Positions 45,809-55,602 of a DNA stretch of 64,000 nt are shown in pieces. The DNA is taken from the IMG/VR virus record IMGVR_UViG_3300037247_001890, positions 64,001-128,000 of that record, one strand, 5' to 3'. Both the position numbers and the translations under genes were made by a program. The first letter of the stretch is position 1. Each line of letters starts with the position of its first letter. Source of the stretch: a virus. The notes under the pieces are model-generated. The model worked only from the letters and a program-made list of their open reading frames with translations, was not told where the DNA came from and did not search any database.

Positions 45809-46833
45809 GTTGTTGTCTTATTAAATGCTTTATCTATGAAGTCATCTTCATAATTATTTATAAAATCATTGTTATAATTACTTCTAGCAGAAGCAGTAAC
45901 TTCCAATATGAAAGCATTTGCATCCTTTAATGTTCCAAATTCGGTTTCAATATCTGCAGGATCCGTTAGTCTGTCTTTTATTTCTATGCCATCAGTCAAT
46001 GGTTGGAATCTGTTAACCTCAACACCGTCGCCTATACTCCAGTTCTCACCGCCAGGCAAGTAATAAGTATAATCCCCTATCATGCATTCTTGTCCGGAAA
46101 TACTAGAGGTTCCTGCCTCATATGCAAAAGGAAGATTATACAAAATATTGTATAAATATTCTAAATTACCGATAGAGGGCATTTGTATTCTATAATAAAA
46201 TACTCCCCAAGTCATATATTTTAGTAACTTCGCCTGTTCCACTAAATATGTATGATCTGTCTCTAACCCGGAGGCATATACACCATCATAAGTAAACGGA
46301 AAATAAATCTCTTGTCCAGGCACTAATATATCTGTATCTGCCATTGTACGCATTAAATGAAAAGTCATAGGATCTATTCGGTACAAATTATCAGCAAACA
46401 TTGAAACTTTTTTTTGCTCGATGTATCTTGTATCCGGATCTAATCCTGATGAAATGTCATAAACGTATAATTTGTTTGCGTCAACTATTTCAAAATCCGT
46501 TCCCTGTGTCAACACTTGTCCAGTATTGATGCCACTTAGAACGGGTATTGAGAATGCGCCAACATATTCATCTGGTAAAGAGAAATAATTGGTTTCATTT
46601 ATTCTATTATCTTCTACACCAGACCACACCAAATCAATACTAACGTATTGATGATTCCACACATCTGGGCTATGTTCCGGAAATTTTCCTATCGCAACTT
46701 TATATAAATTTTTGTGACTTTCTTTTAAAGCTGTTAGCATTCCATCCCAAAATGCTTCCAAATCTGACCTATTTTCGAAATGCAGCCAGAAACTGCCAAG
46801 TCCTTTCCAAAAATCTTGTGCTGTATTAAACAA
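45799..46833 (-). CDS. baseplate wedge protein (putative)
   Basis: position after the baseplate J-like genes. Confidence 0.5.
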   Translation of the reverse strand: MFNTAQDFWKGLGSFWLHFENRSDLEAFWDGMLTALKESHKNLYKVAIGKFPEHSPDVWNHQYVSIDLVWSGVEDNRINETNYFSLPDEYVGAFSIPVLSGINTGQVLTQGTDFEIVDANKLYVYDISSGLDPDTRYIEQKKVSMFADNLYRIDPMTFHLMRTMADTDILVPGQEIYFPFTYDGVYASGLETDHTYLVEQAKLLKYMTWGVFYYRIQMPSIGNLEYLYNILYNLPFAYEAGTSSISGQECMIGDYTYYLPGGENWSIGDGVEVNRFQPLTDGIEIKDRLTDPADIETEFGTLKDANAFILEVTASARSNYNNDFINNYEDDFIDKAFNKTTTLL

Positions 46834-48538
46834 CCTTAGTCACTCCAAGTAAGTCGTTGTTATGTGTATAAAAACTTCCAATACCAGAAAAAGAATAAGA
46901 ACTAGACACCGCGATACCACTTCCGCTTGTTCTAATATTTTTATAATTATAAGATCTTATTTTTATATCAAGCGTATTTAAATTGACATAAGTAACACCT
47001 TGCGTATATATGTATGATAGTAGATCAGTTACTTCAAAGACCGAATCTGTTATACTATGAACAAAATCTTTTATATGTTCAATTACTTGAGCTTCCGTTA
47101 ACAATCCCCTAAATTCCAAATTATCTATTTGTATTACATGAGGAGGTTTTATTTTCACAGTATTAACCGCCCCGGGTGCTCTATACTCATTAGAATTTAA
47201 CAAGGTTTGCACAGCAACGCCATCTTGGTAATATCTAGATCTAATGGTGAAGGTTTCACTAACACCGGTATAGGAACCACCTAAAGTTATATATTGCAAC
47301 GGCTCCGTAGAGAAAGCTGACCATACCACAGTAGTCATAGTCCAATCTGAATAATCTAATGAAGAATCTCCGGAATCTACTATTTCTGCTATTTCTTGTA
47401 TTGGTACACTAAAATCAACATCTGTAACATTAATAATACCATCAACTGAGTCTATTTCAAATTCTTCTTCAACTATCTTTTCAGGCGAATCTACCCATAC
47501 ATCAATCATGTTTCCAGTATGAATTCCGGATGGCATTACGTTTTCTAAGGAGGTATAATAACTATTTAAATTCTTTTCACCTACGGTACCATCTGGTCTT
47601 GCCGCAGCATACACGTATCCGTCTGCATTTCTATAAGTACCTATATCCTCTATCTCATACATAATTTCTGTATCTTCTACTTGCGTAGCTCCTGTAGAAG
47701 TATTGGTTCCAGCTACTACCCATTGCTCTCCGGAAGTCAATAAAAAAGAAGTTAAGCCGTAGTTTGTATCTTGATCATAAGCATATCCGTAATATTTAAA
47801 TGTGGCCGGTCCGGTAAATGAACTTGGTGTAGCTTTGAATTTAAATAGCGAATAAGGATATGCGGAATCTATGGCTAATATTTGAAGATCATCAAAGAAC
47901 CATTCCCCACCATTTGTATTATGTACTCCTATTCCAAATTGGTAATCTTCTTCTGTGCCATCTCTAAATGTTCCTGTCATAGCACCACTTTTTACTATAA
48001 CATAAGCCGCGCCAGGCCCATCATCATCACCAGGTTCTCCACTTCCATTGTTCCAAACTTTGACTATAATCGAATTATCACTTTTTATTTTTAATGAAAA
48101 TTCATACCAAGTGTCTATTAAAATTTCCTTTTTACCAGCAGCAATAAATTTATTTATACCTAAATCTTCCCTAACAATACTATTTCCTATATTGATTTCG
48201 TCACTTAACACATCATTGTCCACAATATAAACATTATAGGTATTTTCGTCACCTTTTATCCACGCCATTCCCACACCATCATGAGGAATTGCGTAATTTT
48301 CGCTTCTCCAAAAAGTAGTATAACACATATTTCCGTTGTCACTGGGATCACTTGTTTTAAATTTTCCATTAAATTTGACACCTGTGTGTATCCCCATATA
48401 CCGATGCAATATGGGGGAAAAATTATAAGCTACGTCGGTGCTAATCAAATCTTCGAAAATTGCTCTTACATCATTCAATAATTTATTTTTTAGATTGTAC
48501 CAACTATCAAATACATCACCTTTAAAATTTCTTGCCAT
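46826..48538 (-). CDS. baseplate J-like C-terminal part with a lectin/ConA-like insert
   Basis: HTGNMIDVWV motif; WYEFSL...IVKVW...FDDLQI ConA-like strands. Confidence 0.5.
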   Translation of the reverse strand: MARNFKGDVFDSWYNLKNKLLNDVRAIFEDLISTDVAYNFSPILHRYMGIHTGVKFNGKFKTSDPSDNGNMCYTTFWRSENYAIPHDGVGMAWIKGDENTYNVYIVDNDVLSDEINIGNSIVREDLGINKFIAAGKKEILIDTWYEFSLKIKSDNSIIVKVWNNGSGEPGDDDGPGAAYVIVKSGAMTGTFRDGTEEDYQFGIGVHNTNGGEWFFDDLQILAIDSAYPYSLFKFKATPSSFTGPATFKYYGYAYDQDTNYGLTSFLLTSGEQWVVAGTNTSTGATQVEDTEIMYEIEDIGTYRNADGYVYAAARPDGTVGEKNLNSYYTSLENVMPSGIHTGNMIDVWVDSPEKIVEEEFEIDSVDGIINVTDVDFSVPIQEIAEIVDSGDSSLDYSDWTMTTVVWSAFSTEPLQYITLGGSYTGVSETFTIRSRYYQDGVAVQTLLNSNEYRAPGAVNTVKIKPPHVIQIDNLEFRGLLTEAQVIEHIKDFVHSITDSVFEVTDLLSYIYTQGVTYVNLNTLDIKIRSYNYKNIRTSGSGIAVSSSYSFSGIGSFYTHNNDLLGVTKVV

Positions 48539-49710
48539 TATGAAATTCCTTGTCCTAATGATTGAATAACACGAGTTATCTGAGCTATTATTTCATCAAG
48601 TTTTTTCTGATTTAATACTACTTGAATATCAGGTTCTGTGTCTTCCGCAATTCCAAGCCTAACTGTACTACTTATTACAGTTATTTCTTCCGGAACTTTT
48701 AATTTAGAATACCCGAGTTCTCCATCAGATGTAAGCCAATTACTACTTAACGTTGCTTCACTAAAAGTCTCATTTAACAAATTTGTAGAAACCGTATTAG
48801 CATATAATGCATCATCTAGTCTATATAAACCCTCGTATTGTACATCGTCAAATTCATTCAAAGAAATATTTTGGAAGTCCGGTGGTTGTTGCCCACTCAA
48901 TATAAAAGCACCACCTATATTTCGATTATATGGTAAAGAGTCGTATCCCTGCAATTTGCCAAAAAAATCTAAGATTTTATAATCATCAAAATCGAAACCT
49001 TCATAATTGATATCTCTAACCATTTCCACATCTCCAAAACCTCTTACATCAAGATCTTTGATATCATAATGATCACTAATTATTTTTTTGAAGCTCAGCT
49101 TAGATAATGATGTGTCTGAAGTTACTGAGTTAACTAATCTTTCGTAGAAGTCTTCGTTAGTCTCATCATCCACGCCTCTAGAAAAACTATTAGAATTAAA
49201 AACTTTCAAATAAACAAAGGGAGCATTAACTATTTCATTGATTTCATCAGGACCGATCGTGTAGTCATCGCCAGGTTGCATTGACTCAACAGGAATGGCA
49301 CCAGTAAGAAAATAAGCATTTTCTGGATTTAAACTCATTTGGGAAGAAGTAATTGAGTATTGCCTTGTCGCTTGAAATATTTTGCCGTCACTTGTTTGAA
49401 ATTGTAATCCTTTTTGAATTGTCAAGTTTACAGCGGAAGAAAAGCCTATCTTAACATATCCTGTTGCTAGTGCACCGGATCGCCTAGTTAAAAGGAAAGT
49501 TGATGCGATCGCATCTAAATCTCCCTGAGACAACGCAGTCAAATCAACTACAGATAGAAAATTTTCTAACTCTTGTAAAACAGTCTGATAATATTCTAAT
49601 ACATTACTCAAAGGATTTATTAATATATCAGTCACCCCAGAACCTTCGGATACGTCAACATCCGGATCATTCTGTGTAATTATATTTTTTACTAATTGCT
49701 TAATATCCAT
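48538..49710 (-). CDS. baseplate J/gp47-like protein
   Basis: DVSEGS..DILINP, LDAIA..F..R..G..ATG.V, G..FQT..G..F and GVDDETNEDFYERL. Confidence 0.8.
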   Translation of the reverse strand: MDIKQLVKNIITQNDPDVDVSEGSGVTDILINPLSNVLEYYQTVLQELENFLSVVDLTALSQGDLDAIASTFLLTRRSGALATGYVKIGFSSAVNLTIQKGLQFQTSDGKIFQATRQYSITSSQMSLNPENAYFLTGAIPVESMQPGDDYTIGPDEINEIVNAPFVYLKVFNSNSFSRGVDDETNEDFYERLVNSVTSDTSLSKLSFKKIISDHYDIKDLDVRGFGDVEMVRDINYEGFDFDDYKILDFFGKLQGYDSLPYNRNIGGAFILSGQQPPDFQNISLNEFDDVQYEGLYRLDDALYANTVSTNLLNETFSEATLSSNWLTSDGELGYSKLKVPEEITVISSTVRLGIAEDTEPDIQVVLNQKKLDEIIAQITRVIQSLGQGIS

Positions 49711-49711
49711 T

Positions 49712-50128
49712 CTATATCCTTAAAAGATAAGTTTCATTACTTGCCGTCTGAACAAATATTTCTATTTCCCAGTCATTGCCACCAATTTTGTTTACTGATT
49801 GTAACATTAAGTCTATTAACCTTTCTGAATCATCCAAATCTTTATCTAATTGATCTGTAATTATTAAATCTTCTGCTTGACTCACAGCCATGCTTACATA
49901 TGAAGACATCTCCTGCTCATGTTGTGGACCATACGAAAGAAAAACTTGTAAATTACTTCCATAATTTGGATTGTATAAATCACTGCCAAGGACTGTAAAA
50001 AGTATTTTTGATATCTTTTGTAATAAAGTTTCTATTCCTCTTACTATCCCGGAATTTTTCGACCCGAAACCTCTATAGGTTCTGTCATCAAGATCATTGA
50101 CGTACAAAAGTTTTATATCTTTTTTCAT
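49712..50128 (-). CDS. gp25/GpW-like baseplate protein
   Basis: GIETLLQKISKILFTVLGSDLYNPNYGSNL pattern; adjacent to baseplate J. Confidence 0.7.
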   Translation of the reverse strand: MKKDIKLLYVNDLDDRTYRGFGSKNSGIVRGIETLLQKISKILFTVLGSDLYNPNYGSNLQVFLSYGPQHEQEMSSYVSMAVSQAEDLIITDQLDKDLDDSERLIDLMLQSVNKIGGNDWEIEIFVQTASNETYLLRI

Positions 50129-51883
50129 TTATGCGCCCAACACGTCTATACCAAAATTATCTTTGATTGCTTTTTTTGGATCTTCTATCACAGCCATTTT
50201 TTTAATTAATGCTTTTGTATAATTTATTTTTCTCTGATTTTGGCTTAGATCCATTTCGGATCTACTTTCTGCTAATTCACCTATTGCCACTTTTCCTGCA
50301 CATCTATCATCAGTTCTTTTTGGCCAGAGAATATCTTTGAGTCCTGTAAAATCTAATCCAATCAAAGCATTCAATGCTGGTGTATTTCCTACTTGCTCAA
50401 GTAAATTGATGACGTTTCCAATATTATTATTATAAATTTTTAAGGCTTCCGAAACAAGAGCATTGTCCCAAACATCAAATTGGTTGCAAATGTCTATTAA
50501 ATATTGATCATTTCGTAAAGCTACATTTATTCTTCTTCTGATGTTCCCTATCTTTATTAGGGCTTGTCTAGATCCGCCTTCAGAAAAGAAACCAAAAATA
50601 ATTGCTTCATAACTTTCCAATATAAGATCTGGAACTGTTTCAGCAGGGTGTTCTCCCGAATCGGGATATTGCCTTGCTTCGGTGACTAGTATTTCTAATC
50701 CTACAAAGTCACTTAAAATATCATCATATTCAGTAACAATCTCTTTTTTTACAAGCAACTTTGTATATAAAGCGCGTAGTTGTATTAAATACATTGCATT
50801 TTTTGCCGCTAATTTAACTTCAGACGGAACAGTTATATAAGCATCGGTTTCCATCTGTTCTTGTATTGTGCTTATTTCATTCAAAGAATCTTCAAGATCT
50901 GTAGATAAAATACCTGCAAATTTTTTCATGCCTTCCCAGGTAGTGTCAAGATCCCTAATTTCTTCAAGACTTTTTCTTATAAGTCTATTTACCGGAATTA
51001 GTTCTTTACCTTTAAATATCCTGTTAATTTCTTTTCTTGCAAAATCTTGCAACCAAGTGGCACTAATTCCTTCATTTGGTTTTTCTGTAATAAAACGCAA
51101 GGACATTAAAGTATATATAGAAACCCACTCAGGAAAAATATCATCCAATATTTTTTTGTCTGCTGGTATTAAACTTAATACATCCAACGAAGTTTCGGCA
51201 AATTTTATCAAATCATCTTCTACCTTATCCCACCATTTTTTCCAGTAAACAAATAAATCAGGACGATTTATGTCTACATATCTGGTCTCTAAAACATCTC
51301 CTGCAGATTTAACATCTTCAGTAGATGCTCTATATGATGTAGAAGAAAAACTTTGAAAAGTTTTAAACATTTTATAAGCTCTTTTCATCTTTGCCTTAGC
51401 TCCTTTCATATATCTTTCTGATGCTCTCAGTTTTCTTAACTCAAAGTTTGCCACTTCATAGTAATCCCATGCGCGTATAAAGATAGTCATGTCTGCAAGT
51501 TTATCATATAATGTGTTTAAAACATTTATTCTGCTTTGTAAATCAGTTTTTAAATTTTGTACCAAAAGATAAGTAACTGCCAATTTCATTTGTGGTGCAC
51601 TGGTCAAAGTTATAGAGATATAATCTTGTGCCCTTTCTATAACTTCTGATACTATATCATTTTCCAATAGACCTTCTACCAAACCAGTACTAAAGAGAGT
51701 AGTAGCAGCACCTAAAATTTGAGAAATACCAGCAGTAATAAGAGGGTTTCCCCAAATTCTACTGTTTTTCAATGTATTGCTGAATTCACCAAGTTCTCGT
51801 TCAAGATCTTTTTCCAACTTACTTATGAGATCTGTAGGATCACAAGGAACATCAACATTTATTTCTGGTAAATATACCGGCAT
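50129..51883 (-). CDS. hypothetical helical protein
   Basis: 584-aa ORF coupled to the sigma gene. Confidence 0.65.
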   Translation of the reverse strand: MPVYLPEINVDVPCDPTDLISKLEKDLERELGEFSNTLKNSRIWGNPLITAGISQILGAATTLFSTGLVEGLLENDIVSEVIERAQDYISITLTSAPQMKLAVTYLLVQNLKTDLQSRINVLNTLYDKLADMTIFIRAWDYYEVANFELRKLRASERYMKGAKAKMKRAYKMFKTFQSFSSTSYRASTEDVKSAGDVLETRYVDINRPDLFVYWKKWWDKVEDDLIKFAETSLDVLSLIPADKKILDDIFPEWVSIYTLMSLRFITEKPNEGISATWLQDFARKEINRIFKGKELIPVNRLIRKSLEEIRDLDTTWEGMKKFAGILSTDLEDSLNEISTIQEQMETDAYITVPSEVKLAAKNAMYLIQLRALYTKLLVKKEIVTEYDDILSDFVGLEILVTEARQYPDSGEHPAETVPDLILESYEAIIFGFFSEGGSRQALIKIGNIRRRINVALRNDQYLIDICNQFDVWDNALVSEALKIYNNNIGNVINLLEQVGNTPALNALIGLDFTGLKDILWPKRTDDRCAGKVAIGELAESRSEMDLSQNQRKINYTKALIKKMAVIEDPKKAIKDNFGIDVLGA

Positions 51884-52605
51884 TATATAATACCCATTCT
51901 TTTAGCTTTATTTACTTTTTCTGCAAATTTTATTCTTTTCCTGCGTACATAAACTTCCGGTTTTCCTATACGTAATGCTATATCTTTTACATCCAATTTA
52001 GGTTTTCCACCCCAACCAAAAGAATATTCAAAGATTAATTTTTCTTCTTGATCCGCTTCATAATAAGCAAAGAAAAGTATTTCTGATGTGGTATCCGTAC
52101 TGAACATTATGTTTTCAAAGAATGCTTCTTCTTCGCCACCAGTAGTTATTGCTAAATCTTTTCTCAATTCATTTTCCATACGCTCAACTTCTCTTGGAGC
52201 CCATGTCAAAGAGTCTGCTAACTCTACTGTATTAGGTTCCCTACCTAAATCTTCCATTAAATTCTGTTTTATTTTTTGAAATTTTCCAACAGCCAATGCA
52301 CGATTTTCTGGTATTTTTCCTATGTTAACATAATTCAAAACATACCTTTGCAGATGTTTCTGATGATTTGTCACATGTGTCCCAAGTTGTGCTTTGGAGG
52401 GATCATATGTTTTGAAAGCTTCTAAAGCCAGTTTACGAGCCTCTGCTTCCAAAGCAGACCGAGGAATGCTTGGATGTTGATAACGGTTGATTTGACTCTG
52501 TAATAAAGGGTCTAAACTTTTTATAAGTTTATTTTGTGCTACTTTGCTTCCTAATTTCCAGTCTCCCCAAAGCTTTAGTTCCTCTTCTTTTGAATACGTT
52601 TTCAT
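51883..52605 (-). CDS. sigma70-family RNA polymerase sigma factor
   Basis: region 2 (AQNKLI...ALEAFKTYDPSKAQLGTHV), region 3 LGREPNTVELA and region 4 HTH DVKDIALRIG. Confidence 0.85.
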   Translation of the reverse strand: MKTYSKEEELKLWGDWKLGSKVAQNKLIKSLDPLLQSQINRYQHPSIPRSALEAEARKLALEAFKTYDPSKAQLGTHVTNHQKHLQRYVLNYVNIGKIPENRALAVGKFQKIKQNLMEDLGREPNTVELADSLTWAPREVERMENELRKDLAITTGGEEEAFFENIMFSTDTTSEILFFAYYEADQEEKLIFEYSFGWGGKPKLDVKDIALRIGKPEVYVRRKRIKFAEKVNKAKRMGII

Positions 52606-52611
52606 ATGTTT

Positions 52612-52643
52612 TAAATATAAATAAAATTAACAGTTATATCAAG
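52612..52643 (-). promoter_or_regulatory. class A promoter CTTGA-N19-TATATTTA for the sigma gene
   Basis: exact consensus; ATG only 6 nt downstream of the motif. Confidence 0.7.
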
Positions 52644-53563
52644 CGTGTACTTGTTGGAAATGCTATTGCTGATTGTACTAATTGTAAAACATTTAAATAA
52701 GTAGTTTCTGTATCAGCATATTTTTTGCTTATTTTTGTTTCCAGATCTGCTAAATCATCCTTGCTTAGACCTGAAACAACTCCTTTTTCATACTGATCAT
52801 GTAGTATTTTCAAAGAATTTTCCTGATCTTGAAGAGATTTCATTCCTATATCAAACAATTCTCTTTGTTTTTTGGTCATAAATAATTTAATATTAAGAAA
52901 GGTATTACTTACACCTTCGAGTTTGTGTTTTTTAACAATCATATTAAAAGAAAAGGCGGCTGTAAAAGGTTGACGAGAATCTGTTTGAATTGACAAATTC
53001 ACCGGATAACCATATATAATGGTCTTTTTGAAAGCTATTGCAGCTATCTTATTATTTTCTATTAGCTTCGTACCTCTGATTTCAGTTTCCCATAATTGCC
53101 TAAATTCATTTGCCCAACTGGTTTTATCATCAGGCTCAACTCCTGGACGAGTCTCATCTTTGTGCTCGGAATCAATTAAAAAACCTGAAAAACTGTATAT
53201 AGGAGTTTTTTTGTCGAAAAAAAATAGGGCAGGATCCCCAAAAGTCTCAAATATTTGAAACTTCTCTCTTCGATCTTCCTGAACACTGGTCAATATAAAG
53301 TTAGTAAAAGATTGAGGTATAGCTTTTTCTGTATTACCTTCCGTAATGTTAGGTAATATGAAAATAGTCGCCGGCAATTCATTGTCAAAATCAAAACTGT
53401 GAATTCTATTCCTCTGCAATTTATTGAGTGACACCATACCCAAAAATTCCTGCATTCTTGATGTATGGCTTTCATAGGAAGTGATATCAGTCCCTATTGG
53501 AATATTCGGATTTTTCTCTAAGTCTGCCAGTTCTTCTGGATTTAATTCATTCCCGTTTGGCAT
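52634..53563 (-). CDS. tail/baseplate structural protein (tube-initiator-like, putative)
   Basis: position after the hub gene; beta-rich core. Confidence 0.45.
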   Translation of the reverse strand: MPNGNELNPEELADLEKNPNIPIGTDITSYESHTSRMQEFLGMVSLNKLQRNRIHSFDFDNELPATIFILPNITEGNTEKAIPQSFTNFILTSVQEDRREKFQIFETFGDPALFFFDKKTPIYSFSGFLIDSEHKDETRPGVEPDDKTSWANEFRQLWETEIRGTKLIENNKIAAIAFKKTIIYGYPVNLSIQTDSRQPFTAAFSFNMIVKKHKLEGVSNTFLNIKLFMTKKQRELFDIGMKSLQDQENSLKILHDQYEKGVVSGLSKDDLADLETKISKKYADTETTYLNVLQLVQSAIAFPTSTRLI

Positions 53564-53564
53564 A

Positions 53565-55601
53565 TTATTTAGCCTCTAATACTTTCTGTCTTCTTTCTTT
53601 GACAAATACTTTTGGGATATATGTTAGTTTTCTCTCGATATGGTTATACGTAATATCATCAGTGGTATAAGATTTGTAATCTTTATCTTCAAAATAATTA
53701 GGTTTATCTGAGTCAATTAAAAATTTCCAAAAATCTGTTTCCGTCATCAAATTTCGTCTAGTTTCTTTTTCAATGAATGGATGCTTTTCTTGATACATGT
53801 TATATTTCTTTTTTAAATTATAAATCGATTTAGCTATGATATTTACATTTGTTTTAGAAATATTGGTCTCATCCATTGGAAGATCTCCTGCATGAAAATC
53901 AACTGTGACCTTATCAGTTTTATCTCCCTGGCCTGTGGCTACAGCTTTAACTGCAGGTTTAAGCGTATGACCAATTTGATCTGCTCCATATGTTTCATCT
54001 ATCCAAAAAGGAGTTCCAGGCCATTCATCTACCATTTCATCAAATATGCCCTCTGCTCCCCATGGGTCTACATTTGTTGAGAAATCATATTCCTTATATG
54101 ATCTTGGTGCCATAAACTGTACTGTGGATGTTCCATTACCATTAGCATCTAAACTGGAATTTATGGACACAATTTTCCCAACCACAGAAGGTAGTTCTTT
54201 ATCAAGCACCAAGCCTGGAAATCCAACTAATCTATGTGGTGTATAAGTAGTAGTCACTGAAAAATTTCGCACTGAATATTTCCTTTTCAAGTATTGCCAC
54301 ATATTAACTGCTAAAATATATTGACCCAGCTCATGTGTACGAAACTTATTAAAAAATGCTTTATAAGCCTCATCTGGATTAGTTATATTTCCATTATCAT
54401 TTTTATTAATATATGTACTCCAAAAACTAGTATAAGCTTTTTGTGCATCATTAAATGTATGCATATAAGGATTAATTCCTCGAAGTTTTTCTTCTGGCAT
54501 CATTCCTACAGCAGGAATTAAATTTTTTTCAAACTTTATTTCAAAGAAATCTTTTTGAGGTGCAATAAATTTGGCCTGCATAGTATAAGCAGATACTGAT
54601 TCCGAATGGGGAAGAGCTATTGGTGGAGTACTTGTTACTAATCTTGTAATCTCATTGCTATAATCATGTGAATAACTAGACTGCAAAATCTGATCCGGAA
54701 ATATAGTATTACAACGAAGAGGCATGAAAAACATCGTTTGAGGTACAAACATTATAGAGCGTGGATGATTATTCTCATCCTTAGTAGGGGCTGACGGTTC
54801 TAAATATTCATACTCTATTTTATTCAATAATGTGGCGACTATTTGAGAACCATCTACCGTATTATTTAATTGGTCCAAACTTCTTAATATAATCTCACTA
54901 ACGACTTCGCCTCTTAAAGTAGACAATGCTTTAGTATTATTAAATGCATACATTCTTTCATTTATCCTTAATATATCATGTATCATTCCGTAGTAAGGGT
55001 TAGAATCACTTAAATTATTAACCAATGCTTTAAAAGTTCTGTCTAAAGCCTTGTCTGGCTCATCTCCTAAATCATCTTTTGTAAATATTTGAACAGCTTG
55101 TTTAAGTCTTGCTGTAATATTAGTTCCCGGGAATGTAGATATTAGAAAATTTGCATGATCTTTTGCAGTAGGATCTTCATCATGAACTTGGTATTTCTTT
55201 GATTGTGTCGCTTCTGCACTAGCGCCTACAAGAAGAAAATGCCCTTTCATAAAAGAATCCATGGAAAAATCCACAATACCTTTATAAGTATTTTTCCAAT
55301 TATTTGTTAAACCAACAAACGTTAGTTGACACCCAGCACCAGTTTGACTACGTCCAAAATTAATGGTAGTAAGTTCACCTTCAAAAATTAAATAATAATC
55401 TTCTTCTTCTACTTGTGGTGGTTTCATTTTATAAAATACATGAGCTAAAGTTTTAGGCATCAATCTGCTGAATTCCGCTTTAGGTGGTATGTTTACCATT
55501 GCAATTGGCGCAGAACCTAAACTTTCCTGAATATTTATTGATATAAAATTAACAGGAACGCCTTCTAAATATAATTTTAACTCTATTGATTGGGTTTTCA
55601 T
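53565..55601 (-). CDS. baseplate hub-like protein (putative)
   Basis: 678 aa immediately downstream of the tape measure; LYLEGVPV..., IFEGEL. Confidence 0.5.
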   Translation of the reverse strand: MKTQSIELKLYLEGVPVNFISINIQESLGSAPIAMVNIPPKAEFSRLMPKTLAHVFYKMKPPQVEEEDYYLIFEGELTTINFGRSQTGAGCQLTFVGLTNNWKNTYKGIVDFSMDSFMKGHFLLVGASAEATQSKKYQVHDEDPTAKDHANFLISTFPGTNITARLKQAVQIFTKDDLGDEPDKALDRTFKALVNNLSDSNPYYGMIHDILRINERMYAFNNTKALSTLRGEVVSEIILRSLDQLNNTVDGSQIVATLLNKIEYEYLEPSAPTKDENNHPRSIMFVPQTMFFMPLRCNTIFPDQILQSSYSHDYSNEITRLVTSTPPIALPHSESVSAYTMQAKFIAPQKDFFEIKFEKNLIPAVGMMPEEKLRGINPYMHTFNDAQKAYTSFWSTYINKNDNGNITNPDEAYKAFFNKFRTHELGQYILAVNMWQYLKRKYSVRNFSVTTTYTPHRLVGFPGLVLDKELPSVVGKIVSINSSLDANGNGTSTVQFMAPRSYKEYDFSTNVDPWGAEGIFDEMVDEWPGTPFWIDETYGADQIGHTLKPAVKAVATGQGDKTDKVTVDFHAGDLPMDETNISKTNVNIIAKSIYNLKKKYNMYQEKHPFIEKETRRNLMTETDFWKFLIDSDKPNYFEDKDYKSYTTDDITYNHIERKLTYIPKVFVKERRQKVLEAK

Positions 55602-55602
55602 T

